27,345 nucleotides of DNA from Candidatus Phoenicimicrobium oleiphilum (GTDB taxonomy: Bacteria > Atribacterota > Phoenicimicrobiia > Phoenicimicrobiales > Phoenicimicrobiaceae). The translations under genes were made by a program, and so were the position numbers. Below, piece by piece: positions 17,883 to 25,894 of this stretch. The stretch covers positions 1 through 27,345 of the forward strand of contig JBDIWJ010000019.1 in assembly GCA_039638295.1 (NCBI GenBank). Reading direction: 5' to 3'. Every line of letters begins with the position of its first letter. Within the stretch, counting starts at the first letter, position 1. The notes below the pieces were generated by a model. The model was not told where the DNA came from. It worked only from the letters and a program-made list of their open reading frames with translations, and did not search any database.

Positions 17883-18032
17883 TAGTATCGCGAATTGCGT
17901 CAAAATATAGTAATAAGTGATATGTAATGAGTAAAGAGTTTGTGCTCTTAAATTTACAAAAACAGATTTCTTATCACACATTACATAACGGAACTTAATA
18001 ACAAACTGGTTAACCGGATAACTGGATAACTA
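17883..18032. repeat. Intergenic repeat mosaic (GTATCGC, GTAAT module, AACTGG 8-mers)
   Basis: 17892-17934 is nearly identical to 2360-2401. 17937-17984 resembles 5243-5289. AACTGGTT AACCGGAT AACTGGAT AACTAA at about 18004-18033. Confidence 0.78.
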
Positions 18033-18155
18033 ATATTCTATAACTAAAGAATGTACACTTATACTAAAAAAATTAAATGATACCTGCTCTGTTCCCTAGA
18101 TTGTTTACCACCAACTGAAACCTATGAACCAGTGACTAATTTAGCGAGGTAAAAG

Positions 18156-19055
18156 ATGAATAACCTCAAATTGATTTCCCCTAAAGAAGTTAACAGACTT
18201 CTTACCAAATATGATTTTAAATGCAAAAAAAGGTTGGGTCAGAATTTTTTAGTAGACCAAAATACCTTACAAATAATTATTGATTCGCTAAAATTAGATC
18301 AAGAAGACTGCATTTTAGAGGTTGGTACAGGTATTGGCACTCTAACTTCTGCATTATCCCCTCGAGTTAAACAGATTATATCTTTTGAGAAAGATAAAAA
18401 ATTGGCACCCCTTTTAAAAGAAAGTCTTTATTCTCTTGATAATACAGAAGTTATTTTTGAAGATATTATGAATTTTGACCTGGTTAAATTTTTTGAGAAG
18501 AAAAGAAAAAAAGGCGAAAAAATAGAAAAAATAGTGGGTAACCTCCCTTATTATATCTCTCTTGCTTTAATAGGGAAGATCCTTGAACTTAATAAATATC
18601 TTAAGCTTGCGGTATTCCTGGTACAAAAGGAAGTAGGAGAAAGATTATTAGCGAAGGCAGGAAGTAAGGAGTATAGTATATTATCTGTGGTAACTCAATA
18701 TTATTCTCGAGCCGAAAAAATACATTTGGTGCCTCCTACAGTATTTTACCCTAAGCCTAAGGTAAATTCTATGATAATTAGATTGAATATTTATACAGAA
18801 CCACCGATAAATGTTGGTGACGAAAAATTATTTTTAAATATTGTTAAAGCCTCTTTTCGGCAAAGGAGGAAAAGGTTAATCAATTCTCTATCAAATTATT
18901 TTTATGATAAAATTAATAAGTTAGAGATAAAAAGTATTTTAAAAAATATAAACCTTGATAAAAATCGACGTGGGGAAACTCTGACTTTGGAAGAATTTGC
19001 CGCGCTAAGTATAGCGATGAGGGAAAAACTTTCATCAGAAGGATCCAACATCTGA
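18156..19055 (+). CDS. rsmA: 16S rRNA m6,2A dimethyltransferase RsmA/KsgA
   Basis: KKRLGQNFL, LEVGTGIG, VGNLPYYIS, QKEVGERL, FYPKPKVNS, FRQRRK, RRGETLTLEEF. Confidence 0.97.
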   Translation: MNNLKLISPKEVNRLLTKYDFKCKKRLGQNFLVDQNTLQIIIDSLKLDQEDCILEVGTGIGTLTSALSPRVKQIISFEKDKKLAPLLKESLYSLDNTEVIFEDIMNFDLVKFFEKKRKKGEKIEKIVGNLPYYISLALIGKILELNKYLKLAVFLVQKEVGERLLAKAGSKEYSILSVVTQYYSRAEKIHLVPPTVFYPKPKVNSMIIRLNIYTEPPINVGDEKLFLNIVKASFRQRRKRLINSLSNYFYDKINKLEIKSILKNINLDKNRRGETLTLEEFAALSIAMREKLSSEGSNI

Positions 19056-19059
19056 ATTC

Positions 19060-19096
19060 TTGACAATCTGCAATACATATGATAACTTTATCATAT
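19060..19096 (+). promoter_or_regulatory. Promoter with overlapping palindromic operator (ArsR/SmtB-like)
   Basis: TTGACA (19060-19065), 17 nt, TAACTT preceded by TGn. The perfect inverted repeat ATATGATAA-CT-TTATCATAT (19077-19096) covers the -10. Confidence 0.6.
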
Positions 19097-19174
19097 AAAA
19101 TTTTGTTTACATTTAAAATAATTTGAAAAATATAAAGATTGACAATCAGGTTGGTAGGGAAAGAAAAAATTATA

Positions 19175-20431
19175 ATGAGAGCTAAATCAATAAATAACAA
19201 ATTAGAAAATATAAATCAAAAAAATTTCTATTTAACTTTAATGGTTATTTTACTTTCCTTATTTTTAATTATTTTGTTAACTCAATTTTCTTCTCCTTAT
19301 GTAATTAGTTCTTTTGCCGCGAGTACCTCAAATTCGATTAATTCACCAGTTTACTTAGCCTATTTTTATGAAATTGGGTGCCACGACTGTGATAAAGTTA
19401 AAATTATATTGAAAGATATTTCCTTAAAATATTCTGATAATCTAATCATAGAAAGTTTTGACATTAGTCTAGCTGAGAATATGGAATTAGCTGAATCTTT
19501 GGGTGAATTGTATCAGATGCCTGAGGAGGAAAGACTTTTAGTCCCTGTGATATTTATAGGAGATGATTATCTTTTTAGAAGTACTATTACTTATGATAAT
19601 TTAGAAAAATTAATCCAGAAATATTCAACTATAGAAACTATCCCTCCCTGGGAGAAGGTGAAGGAAAAAGATCTTACGGCTCAAGAAAGATTAATTGCCC
19701 GCTTTCAGTCATTCGGATTGGCTGCGGTAGCAGTAAGTGGTCTAATTGATGGTATAAACCCTTGTGCCTTTGCTACTATCATCTTTTTTATTTCTTATCT
19801 TACTCTTATCAATCGAAAAGGGAGAGATATTCTCTGGGTTGGAGGGATGTTTACTTTATCTGTATTTTTGACCTATTTCTTAATCGGTACCGGGGCTTTA
19901 AAGATGATAACTTCATTGTCTTTTCTCCCTTTAGTTCGAAAAATATTTGTTTTAGTTACTGCTATCTTTGTCCTAATCCTGGGAATAGTCAGTCTATATG
20001 ATTATCTTCAGTTTAAGAAAAAAGGAACTACCAAAGATGCAAAACTCCAATTACCTCCATTTTTAAAGAAGTTAATTCATTCTACTATTCGTAAAAATAT
20101 AAAATTAAGTAATTATATTTTGATGGCTGCAGTAACTGGTTTTATAGTATCCCTTTTAGAATTAGCCTGCACGGGCCAGATTTATCTTCCTACTATTATG
20201 TTTATCAGTACTATCCCGAATATGAAGATTAACGCCTTATTTTATCTATTATTCTATAATCTAATGTTTGTAATACCTTTAATTATGGTCTTTTCTTTTA
20301 CCTATTGGGGGACTTCTTCGGCACAGCTGGCTAACCTTACTCAGAAGAATTTTGGAAAGATTAAGATGGCGATGGCTTTGATATTTTTTGGATTAGCCGG
20401 GCTGCTGCTTTATAGCGGAATTTTTTACTAA
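19175..20431 (+). CDS. Thioredoxin-fold (CxxC) domain fused to a CcdA/DsbD-like transmembrane domain
   Basis: N-terminal hydrophobic anchor, FYEIGCHDC, cis-Pro motif VPVIFIG, membrane domain with DGINPCAF and LELACTGQIY cysteines. Start ATG 19175 or TTG 19139. Confidence 0.8.
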   Translation: MRAKSINNKLENINQKNFYLTLMVILLSLFLIILLTQFSSPYVISSFAASTSNSINSPVYLAYFYEIGCHDCDKVKIILKDISLKYSDNLIIESFDISLAENMELAESLGELYQMPEEERLLVPVIFIGDDYLFRSTITYDNLEKLIQKYSTIETIPPWEKVKEKDLTAQERLIARFQSFGLAAVAVSGLIDGINPCAFATIIFFISYLTLINRKGRDILWVGGMFTLSVFLTYFLIGTGALKMITSLSFLPLVRKIFVLVTAIFVLILGIVSLYDYLQFKKKGTTKDAKLQLPPFLKKLIHSTIRKNIKLSNYILMAAVTGFIVSLLELACTGQIYLPTIMFISTIPNMKINALFYLLFYNLMFVIPLIMVFSFTYWGTSSAQLANLTQKNFGKIKMAMALIFFGLAGLLLYSGIFY

Positions 20432-20554
20432 TAATAAGAATATGATAAATTTGTAACTTATATTTAATATTAACGTATAATTGAATAGACAAATCGGTGA
20501 ATCGGCTAAATGGCGCATTAGAAAATTGGTGAATCAACAAAGAGGTGTTTTGAT

Positions 20555-21190
20555 ATGGTCTTTTCTTTAAGGAATAAAAATTATAATATTTTAGTTATCT
20601 TATTAACTATAACTTTTTTGTTTTCTTTTTGCTTATCTGCTTTTTCTAGCGATTCTTCTTTTAGAAAAGGTTTCCCCGCTCCTAACTTTACTCTTAGTAC
20701 TGTAGATGGAGAATCTTTTAATTTAGAAGATTATAAAGAAAAACAGAAGCTTCTTATTCTGTATTTTTGCAATAATGAAAATACGGATTCTGTCTGTGGG
20801 ATAGAAGAATTAGCCAAATATTTCGAAGAGCATATAATTGAGGAAAAATATCAGGTGATTATGATAAATACACGGCGAGATTTAAAAGAAGAAGATATTG
20901 TTCAGATCAAAGAATTTTGGACTAATAAAAAAATATCTTTTACTATACTGTTAGATGATCAGAACGAAGTGAGCAATCTCTACAATATTGAAATTTTACC
21001 AACTACTATATTCTTAGATAAGAATTTAATAGCAAAGAGGGTCTATCCCGGTCTTCTCTCTAAACAACAAAATTTAATGTTCCAGTATCTCACTTATTTC
21101 TTAGCTGCCAAAGAAAGGGGAACTCCCCAAAAAGAGAAAAAGGATGATAGTTGTAACGGTGGAGTGTGTCCTCCACCAGCTGGCTATTAA
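20555..21190 (+). CDS. Exported TlpA/AhpC-TSA-like redoxin with degenerate active site and C-terminal CxxxxC
   Basis: Signal/anchor peptide, PAPNFTLSTVDGE, ILLDDQNEVSNLYNIEILPTTIFLDK. YFCNNENTDSVC replaces the CxxC; the tail is CNGGVCPPPAGY. Confidence 0.75.
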   Translation: MVFSLRNKNYNILVILLTITFLFSFCLSAFSSDSSFRKGFPAPNFTLSTVDGESFNLEDYKEKQKLLILYFCNNENTDSVCGIEELAKYFEEHIIEEKYQVIMINTRRDLKEEDIVQIKEFWTNKKISFTILLDDQNEVSNLYNIEILPTTIFLDKNLIAKRVYPGLLSKQQNLMFQYLTYFLAAKERGTPQKEKKDDSCNGGVCPPPAGY

Positions 21191-21238
21191 TATTAAATAG
21201 ACAGTAAAATAAGAATTTTTTAATAAGGAGAACATGAC

Positions 21239-21979
21239 GTGAAGAAATTATTATTAATATTTATAATAGTGGCATTTATGGGGTTTTTATTTGCCGGTTG
21301 TTTTTCTACCCCCCCAATAGAACCAGAACCAGCCGATCTGGTGGTTCTGGTGGAACTTTATATGGCTATAGGCTGTCACAACTGTGAACTTGTTGAACCA
21401 ATATTAGAACAATTAGTAGTAGAATATGGTTACGACCAGATGGTACTGGTAGAAGAAGCAGTTAATTGGAGTGAATATACTACTCCAGAAATCTCTGAAC
21501 GATATGACTGGTATATTCCTCCTGGAAGTACTGATAGATATATACCCAATATCTTGTTTAATGGTTTAAATGAAAATTGGATTCATGGTTATGCTAATTA
21601 TCAAACTATAAAAAGTAAAATCGATGCCGAATTAGCTAAAGGTTCGGAAATTGTTATTACTACTTCCAGAGATAGCGATACAAATACAACAACTATTGCC
21701 GGCACTATTGAAAATGTGAGCTCTTCTACCTTAACTAATTTAGAGATAAATGGAATGGTTTTTAAAGAACGACAAAATATAAATTTAAAATATTCAGTAT
21801 TTGACATTTTTGAAGAACAAAAAGTTTTAGTGGAATCTCTTACCCCTGAAGATATTTTTGAATTTTCCTTTACTCTGGAAGGATTTGATTGGGAAGCAGA
21901 TAATGTCAACGGAGTTGTCTTTGTTCAGGCACCGGATAGCCCTACTAAAGAGATTTTACAAGCAGCTTTTATAGAATAG
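21239..21979 (+). CDS. Lipoprotein with thioredoxin-like CxxC domain and C-terminal beta domain (Omp28-like)
   Basis: MKK + hydrophobic core + lipobox FAGC (Cys21). VLVELYMAIGCHNC, IPNILFNG, C-terminal VVFVQ...KEILQA. GTG start after AAGGAG. Confidence 0.72.
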   Translation: MKKLLLIFIIVAFMGFLFAGCFSTPPIEPEPADLVVLVELYMAIGCHNCELVEPILEQLVVEYGYDQMVLVEEAVNWSEYTTPEISERYDWYIPPGSTDRYIPNILFNGLNENWIHGYANYQTIKSKIDAELAKGSEIVITTSRDSDTNTTTIAGTIENVSSSTLTNLEINGMVFKERQNINLKYSVFDIFEEQKVLVESLTPEDIFEFSFTLEGFDWEADNVNGVVFVQAPDSPTKEILQAAFIE

Positions 21980-22237
21980 TATCGCGTATCGCGTATCGAG
22001 TATTGCGTGAAGAGAAAGAAAAAGATAAAATAGTGGTTGCAAGTTGCAAGATGTAAGGCGTAAAATAAAAAGCTTGCTTTTAGTTTATTGATTTATACTA
22101 TACACTTAATGCTGTACGCTCTACGCTAACTAAATGCTAATGACTAATCTAATTGATGCATTAATTCATTAGTGAATCGGCAGATCGAAGAACTGGTCAA
22201 CTGGTTAACTGGCAAACCAGTTAACTAGGCAACTAAT
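21977..22237. repeat. Intergenic repeat mosaic: (GTATCG[C/A])x4 ... AACTGG 8-mers
   Basis: TAGTATCGCGTATCGCGTATCGAGTATTGCGTGAAGAGA (from the stop codon) is nearly identical to 5934-5972. GTTGCAAGTTGCAAG and TACGCTC/TACGCTA heptamers. 8-mer tract at 22175-22235. Confidence 0.85.
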
Positions 22238-22262
22238 AACTAAAGAAACAAAGGAGAAAAGT

Positions 22263-23303
22263 ATGTTTGGTAAAAACAAAAATTTTATTATCTTAATAAG
22301 CATAATAGTTATAATAGGAATTTTTTTAATATTTTACAATATTCAAAATAAGTCTTCTCTGCCACCTACAATTTCTATTTCTGAAGAGGAATGGGATTTT
22401 GGAAAGATAAAGGAAGATGAAAGGCCGGTTCATATCTTCACTATCAATAATATAGGGAGAGAAGAACTGATTATCAATCGAGTACGAGCTTCCTGTGGCT
22501 GCACTGCTACGATGCTTTCTTCAGATAATATACCACCCGGAAAGTCAGCTGAACTAAAAGTTACCTTTAATCCCACAGGTTACAATGGATCGGTAAAAAA
22601 AACAATTTATCTTGAATCCAATGATCCTCAGCTTCCCAAGGCGAAAATTACCATAATTGCTGATGTAGAACCTATTCCTTCTCCTAAAGCCTTTTACTCT
22701 AATTCTCAATGGGAATTAGGACTGATTTCGCAGGGAGATTTACCCACTTTTAGCTTTATTATTGAAAATAAAGGAGAGTTAGATTTGATAATCGACAAAG
22801 TAGATGCTTCTGAATACATCAAATATGATGTAGAAATACCTTTAAACATTAACCCAGGAGACAAACAAGAAATAATCTTTACTTATGATTCCACTCAGCA
22901 TGAGTTAGGTGAAGTACGGGAAAGTGTACGAATATATTGCAATGATCCTCGAAGAAAAGCTTTTTCCTTACGCATTAATGGCTATATAAAAGAAAAGTCA
23001 GCTCCCACTGTAGGTATTTCTCCTGTAGTGATAAATTTCAATTTAGCAAGTGATTCAGAAGAAGAGAATATAGGGAAAGTTTCTCTAACCAATTCGGGGG
23101 AAGAGGAAGTAAAAATTACTTCTATAAAAACTTCTGCAGATTATCTTGTTCCCTTGAAATCAGAACTTAAGCTGAATCAAGAAGGGGAAGAAGATATACG
23201 GGTAATATTATTAAAAGATAAAATCTCGGACGAAGTGCAGGTAGGAGAGCAAAAAGAATATCTTTATTTAACCATTGCCTTACCAATCACAATTAATCCT
23301 TAG
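22263..23303 (+). CDS. Membrane-anchored DUF1573 / tandem Ig-like domain protein
   Basis: N-terminal TM helix. WDFGKI...FTINNIGREELII..VRASCGCT...IPPGKSAELKVTF...SNDP, followed by two further similar Ig-like repeats. Confidence 0.8.
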   Translation: MFGKNKNFIILISIIVIIGIFLIFYNIQNKSSLPPTISISEEEWDFGKIKEDERPVHIFTINNIGREELIINRVRASCGCTATMLSSDNIPPGKSAELKVTFNPTGYNGSVKKTIYLESNDPQLPKAKITIIADVEPIPSPKAFYSNSQWELGLISQGDLPTFSFIIENKGELDLIIDKVDASEYIKYDVEIPLNINPGDKQEIIFTYDSTQHELGEVRESVRIYCNDPRRKAFSLRINGYIKEKSAPTVGISPVVINFNLASDSEEENIGKVSLTNSGEEEVKITSIKTSADYLVPLKSELKLNQEGEEDIRVILLKDKISDEVQVGEQKEYLYLTIALPITINP

Positions 23304-23396
23304 TACTTATTTTAACCAGGTTAATTGGTTTGTTGGTTATAATGTATTCATTCCTTAACTAGCTAACTATTTTCTTCACTCGATACCTTGTTTTTT

Positions 23397-23425
23397 TTGA
23401 CAATAAAATTGTATCGTGTTATAAT
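23397..23425 (+). promoter_or_regulatory. Consensus sigma70/SigA promoter
   Basis: TTGACA (23397-23402), 17 nt, TATAAT (23420-23425) with extended -10 TG (23417-23418). Confidence 0.85.
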
Positions 23426-23547
23426 TTTTTCAACCGAAATTATATTTAGAAGAACAAGGAATTTATAGTGTTAGTTAATATTACTTATACTGAAAATAAA
23501 GATAAGCTTAACATTTTAAGAACTAAATTATATAAATAGATTTTTCC

Positions 23548-23583
23548 AGAAACACAGTAATTATTATTACTGTGTTTCTTTTT
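23548..23583 (+). terminator. Intrinsic terminator
   Basis: Perfect 14-bp stem AGAAACACAGTAAT-TATT-ATTACTGTGTTTCT followed by a T run. Confidence 0.75.
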
Positions 23584-23612
23584 ACAAAATTAAATTCTAA
23601 ATATTGACCAAA

Positions 23613-23639
23613 GCAGGAGGTAAATGCAACTATGTGAAT
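23613..23639 (+). promoter_or_regulatory. SigH-like promoter upstream of spoVG
   Basis: GCAGGA - 17 nt - GAAT, the same architecture as the Bacillus SigH promoter of spoVG. Confidence 0.45.
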
Positions 23640-23823
23640 AAGTCTGGAATAAATTATTTAAATCGGATGTACTAAAAGATTATCATAGGAATCTAAACAA
23701 ACTTATGTAAAGAACTAGATAATCAAAGATAAATTATAAATACAAATTTATCGAAATGTATTACTTTACGGTTATTTTAATTAACAAAATAGAAAATCAA
23801 ATACAAAAAAGGCGGTGTAATAA

Positions 23824-24177
23824 GTGGAAATTACAGATGTTAGACTTAGAAAAATTGAAACAGAGGGAAAGTTGAGAGCTTATGTTTCGATTACTTTTGA
23901 TGATTCTTTTGTAGTACATGATCTACGGGTTATCGATGGCAACAAAGGTATGTTTGTCGCTATGCCCAGCAAGAGATTACCCAATGGGGATCATAAGGAT
24001 ATTGCTCATCCAATAAATACTGAAATCAGAGAAAAGATACAAAATGCAGTTTTAGATGTTTATCGTAAAGAAGCAGAGGCAGCCCCTCAAGATAAAGAAG
24101 TAAAGACCGAAGAAAAAGAAGAAGTTGTAGAGAAGACAGAAGAATCTTCTGAAAAAAAAGAAGAGGGTTTGTTTTAA
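23824..24177 (+). CDS. spoVG: Septation regulator / nucleic-acid-binding protein SpoVG
   Basis: [41 protein letters not shown], acidic tail. GTG start. Confidence 0.96.
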   Translation: MEITDVRLRKIETEGKLRAYVSITFDDSFVVHDLRVIDGNKGMFVAMPSKRLPNGDHKDIAHPINTEIREKIQNAVLDVYRKEAEAAPQDKEVKTEEKEEVVEKTEESSEKKEEGLF

Positions 24178-24204
24178 TTAATTAAAAATATAAATATTTC
24201 GGTT

Positions 24205-24276
24205 TGGGGCGTAGCCAAGCGGTAAGGCACGGGAATTTGGATCCCGCATTCGAAGGTTCGAATCCTTCCGCCCCAG
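24205..24276 (+). tRNA. tRNA-Gln(TTG)
   Basis: Acceptor TGGGGCG/CGCCCCA, D arm GCCAAGCGGTAAGGC, anticodon arm CGGGA-ATTTGGA-TCCCG, GAAGG-TTCGAAT-CCTTC. CCA is not encoded. Confidence 0.95.
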
Positions 24277-24298
24277 CTATAGGAGTAAGCAACAAATA

Positions 24299-24396
24299 GA
24301 GTCAGGCCTGGTGTCTGACTCGAATTTTTATTTTGAATTCATGTACTCGTGAAAACGAGTAATGGTTTTTCGCTTACCCGCTTTTGCGAGCACAAG
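24299..24396. repeat. Palindromic REP-like elements after tRNA-Gln
   Basis: Hairpin GAGTCAGGC-CTGGT-GTCTGACTC (24299-24321). TACTCGT-GAAA-ACGAGTA (24344-24361) with an inverted degenerate copy at 24374-24396. Confidence 0.65.
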
Positions 24397-24481
24397 TTTA
24401 GCTTTAAGTTTTTTGTATATCCTGATAACTGAAAACTTTTACTCACTAACGACTAAAAACTATTTAAATGGAGGTATGGTT

Positions 24482-25846
24482 ATGGAAGATACTGCTATAA
24501 TTATTATGGCAGCAGGTAAGGGTAAGAGAATGAAATCTAATTTTCCTAAAGTCCTCCATAAACTTGCCGGAAAACCAATTTTAAATTATATACTTGAAAC
24601 TGTTAATCAAATTAAGGCAAAAAGAAAAATATTGGTTATTGGGCATAAAGGAGAAAAGATAAAAGAGTTTATTAGAAATAAGATAGAATATGTGGAACAG
24701 ATTGAACAGTCTGGTACTGCCCATGCAGTCTTACAAACAAAAAATTTACTATCTGACTTTAGTGGAGATGTATTAATTTTATCTGGCGATGTCCCCTTTT
24801 TAACTATCAGCACTATAAAAAAACTCTTAAAATATCACAAGGCTAAGAAGTATAGTTGTACTTTAATTTCTACGATTTTGGAAAATCCTTATGGCTATGG
24901 TAGAATTGTCAGAGATGAAGAAGGTAGAATAACAGGAATTATTGAGGAAGCAGACTTACCAGAGGATAAAAAAGGAATACAGGAAATAAATACGGGGATT
25001 TATTGTTTTAGCAAGACCGACCTTTTTCAAGCTCTAGAAAAGGTCATTCCCGATAATAAACAGAAAGAATATTATCTCACTGATACAGTGAAAATTTTAT
25101 TAAAAGATGACTTAAAAGTAGGCAACATAAAGGTAGATGATTATAAAGAAGTATTAGGAATAAATAATCGGATTGATTTGGCCAATGCTACTCACCAAGT
25201 TTACCAAAGAGTTTGTAAATATTTAATGCTTCAAGGTGTAACTATAATTGATCCAGGCAGCACTTTTATAGATGAAGGGGTAGAAATTGGTCAGGATTCA
25301 GTTATTTATCCCTTTACCATTATTGAAAAAGACTCTAAAATTGGTGAAAATTGCCAAATTGGTCCTTACTCTCATTTAATTAATACCAGAATAGGAAAGG
25401 AAGTTAAAGTTTGGGCCTCAATTATAGAAGAAAGTATTATAGAAGATGAAGCTATCATTGGTCCTTATACTCATATAAGACCAGGAACTACTATAAAAAA
25501 AGGAGTTAAAATAGGGAATTTTGTAGAAGTTAAAAAGTCTATTGTGGGAGAGGGTAGTAAAGCGTCTCATTTAACTTATTTAGGTGATGCAGTAATCGGC
25601 AAAAGAGTGAATATTGGAGCAGGAACTATAACCTGTAATTATGATGGAGAAAAAAAGAATAAAACTATAATAGAAGATGAAGTATTTATTGGAAGTAATA
25701 ATTCTTTGGTGGCCCCAGTTAAGATAGGAAAAAAATCTTATACTGGAGCTGGTTCTACAATCACTGAGGATGTACCTGAAGAGAACTTGGCTATTGCTCG
25801 CTCCAAACAAAGAAATATACCAGGATGGAGAAAGAGGAAGAAATAG
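24482..25846 (+). CDS. glmU: Bifunctional UDP-GlcNAc pyrophosphorylase / glucosamine-1-P acetyltransferase GlmU
   Basis: MAAGKGKRMKS..PKVLH, GTAHAV, GDVP, GYGRI, EYYLTD, hexapeptide repeats, NFVEVK, NYDG. The ATG at 24482 is 7 nt after GGAGG. Confidence 0.97.
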   Translation: MEDTAIIIMAAGKGKRMKSNFPKVLHKLAGKPILNYILETVNQIKAKRKILVIGHKGEKIKEFIRNKIEYVEQIEQSGTAHAVLQTKNLLSDFSGDVLILSGDVPFLTISTIKKLLKYHKAKKYSCTLISTILENPYGYGRIVRDEEGRITGIIEEADLPEDKKGIQEINTGIYCFSKTDLFQALEKVIPDNKQKEYYLTDTVKILLKDDLKVGNIKVDDYKEVLGINNRIDLANATHQVYQRVCKYLMLQGVTIIDPGSTFIDEGVEIGQDSVIYPFTIIEKDSKIGENCQIGPYSHLINTRIGKEVKVWASIIEESIIEDEAIIGPYTHIRPGTTIKKGVKIGNFVEVKKSIVGEGSKASHLTYLGDAVIGKRVNIGAGTITCNYDGEKKNKTIIEDEVFIGSNNSLVAPVKIGKKSYTGAGSTITEDVPEENLAIARSKQRNIPGWRKRKK

Positions 25847-25894
25847 AGTAGAGGTTTAAATAAAGGAATTTAAAGAGATGGAGATGAGGAAATT

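Noticed and set aside
17530..18155. Prophage or genomic island integrated at the tRNA cluster
   Set aside because: There is no integrase and no duplicated tRNA 3' end in the window, and the next gene is the core gene rsmA.
19139..19176. Second TTGACA ... TATAAT pair upstream of the redox cluster
   Set aside because: The 26-nt spacing is incompatible with a sigma70 promoter.
19175..23303. Selenocysteine read-through in the redox cluster
   Set aside because: All redox motifs are encoded as Cys. The ORFs end in TAA or TAG, with no in-frame TGA at motif positions.
24362..24481. N-terminal extension of glmU in the ORF track
   Set aside because: It runs through palindromic and heptamer repeats. 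GGAGG at 24470 supports a start at 24482.
413..25810. Antisense or overlapping ORFs in the track (e.g. 413-703, 3444-3806, 8935-9243, 13791-14474, 21601-21909, 25580-25810)
   Set aside because: They are shadows of well-supported genes on the opposite strand or in another frame, with no independent evidence.
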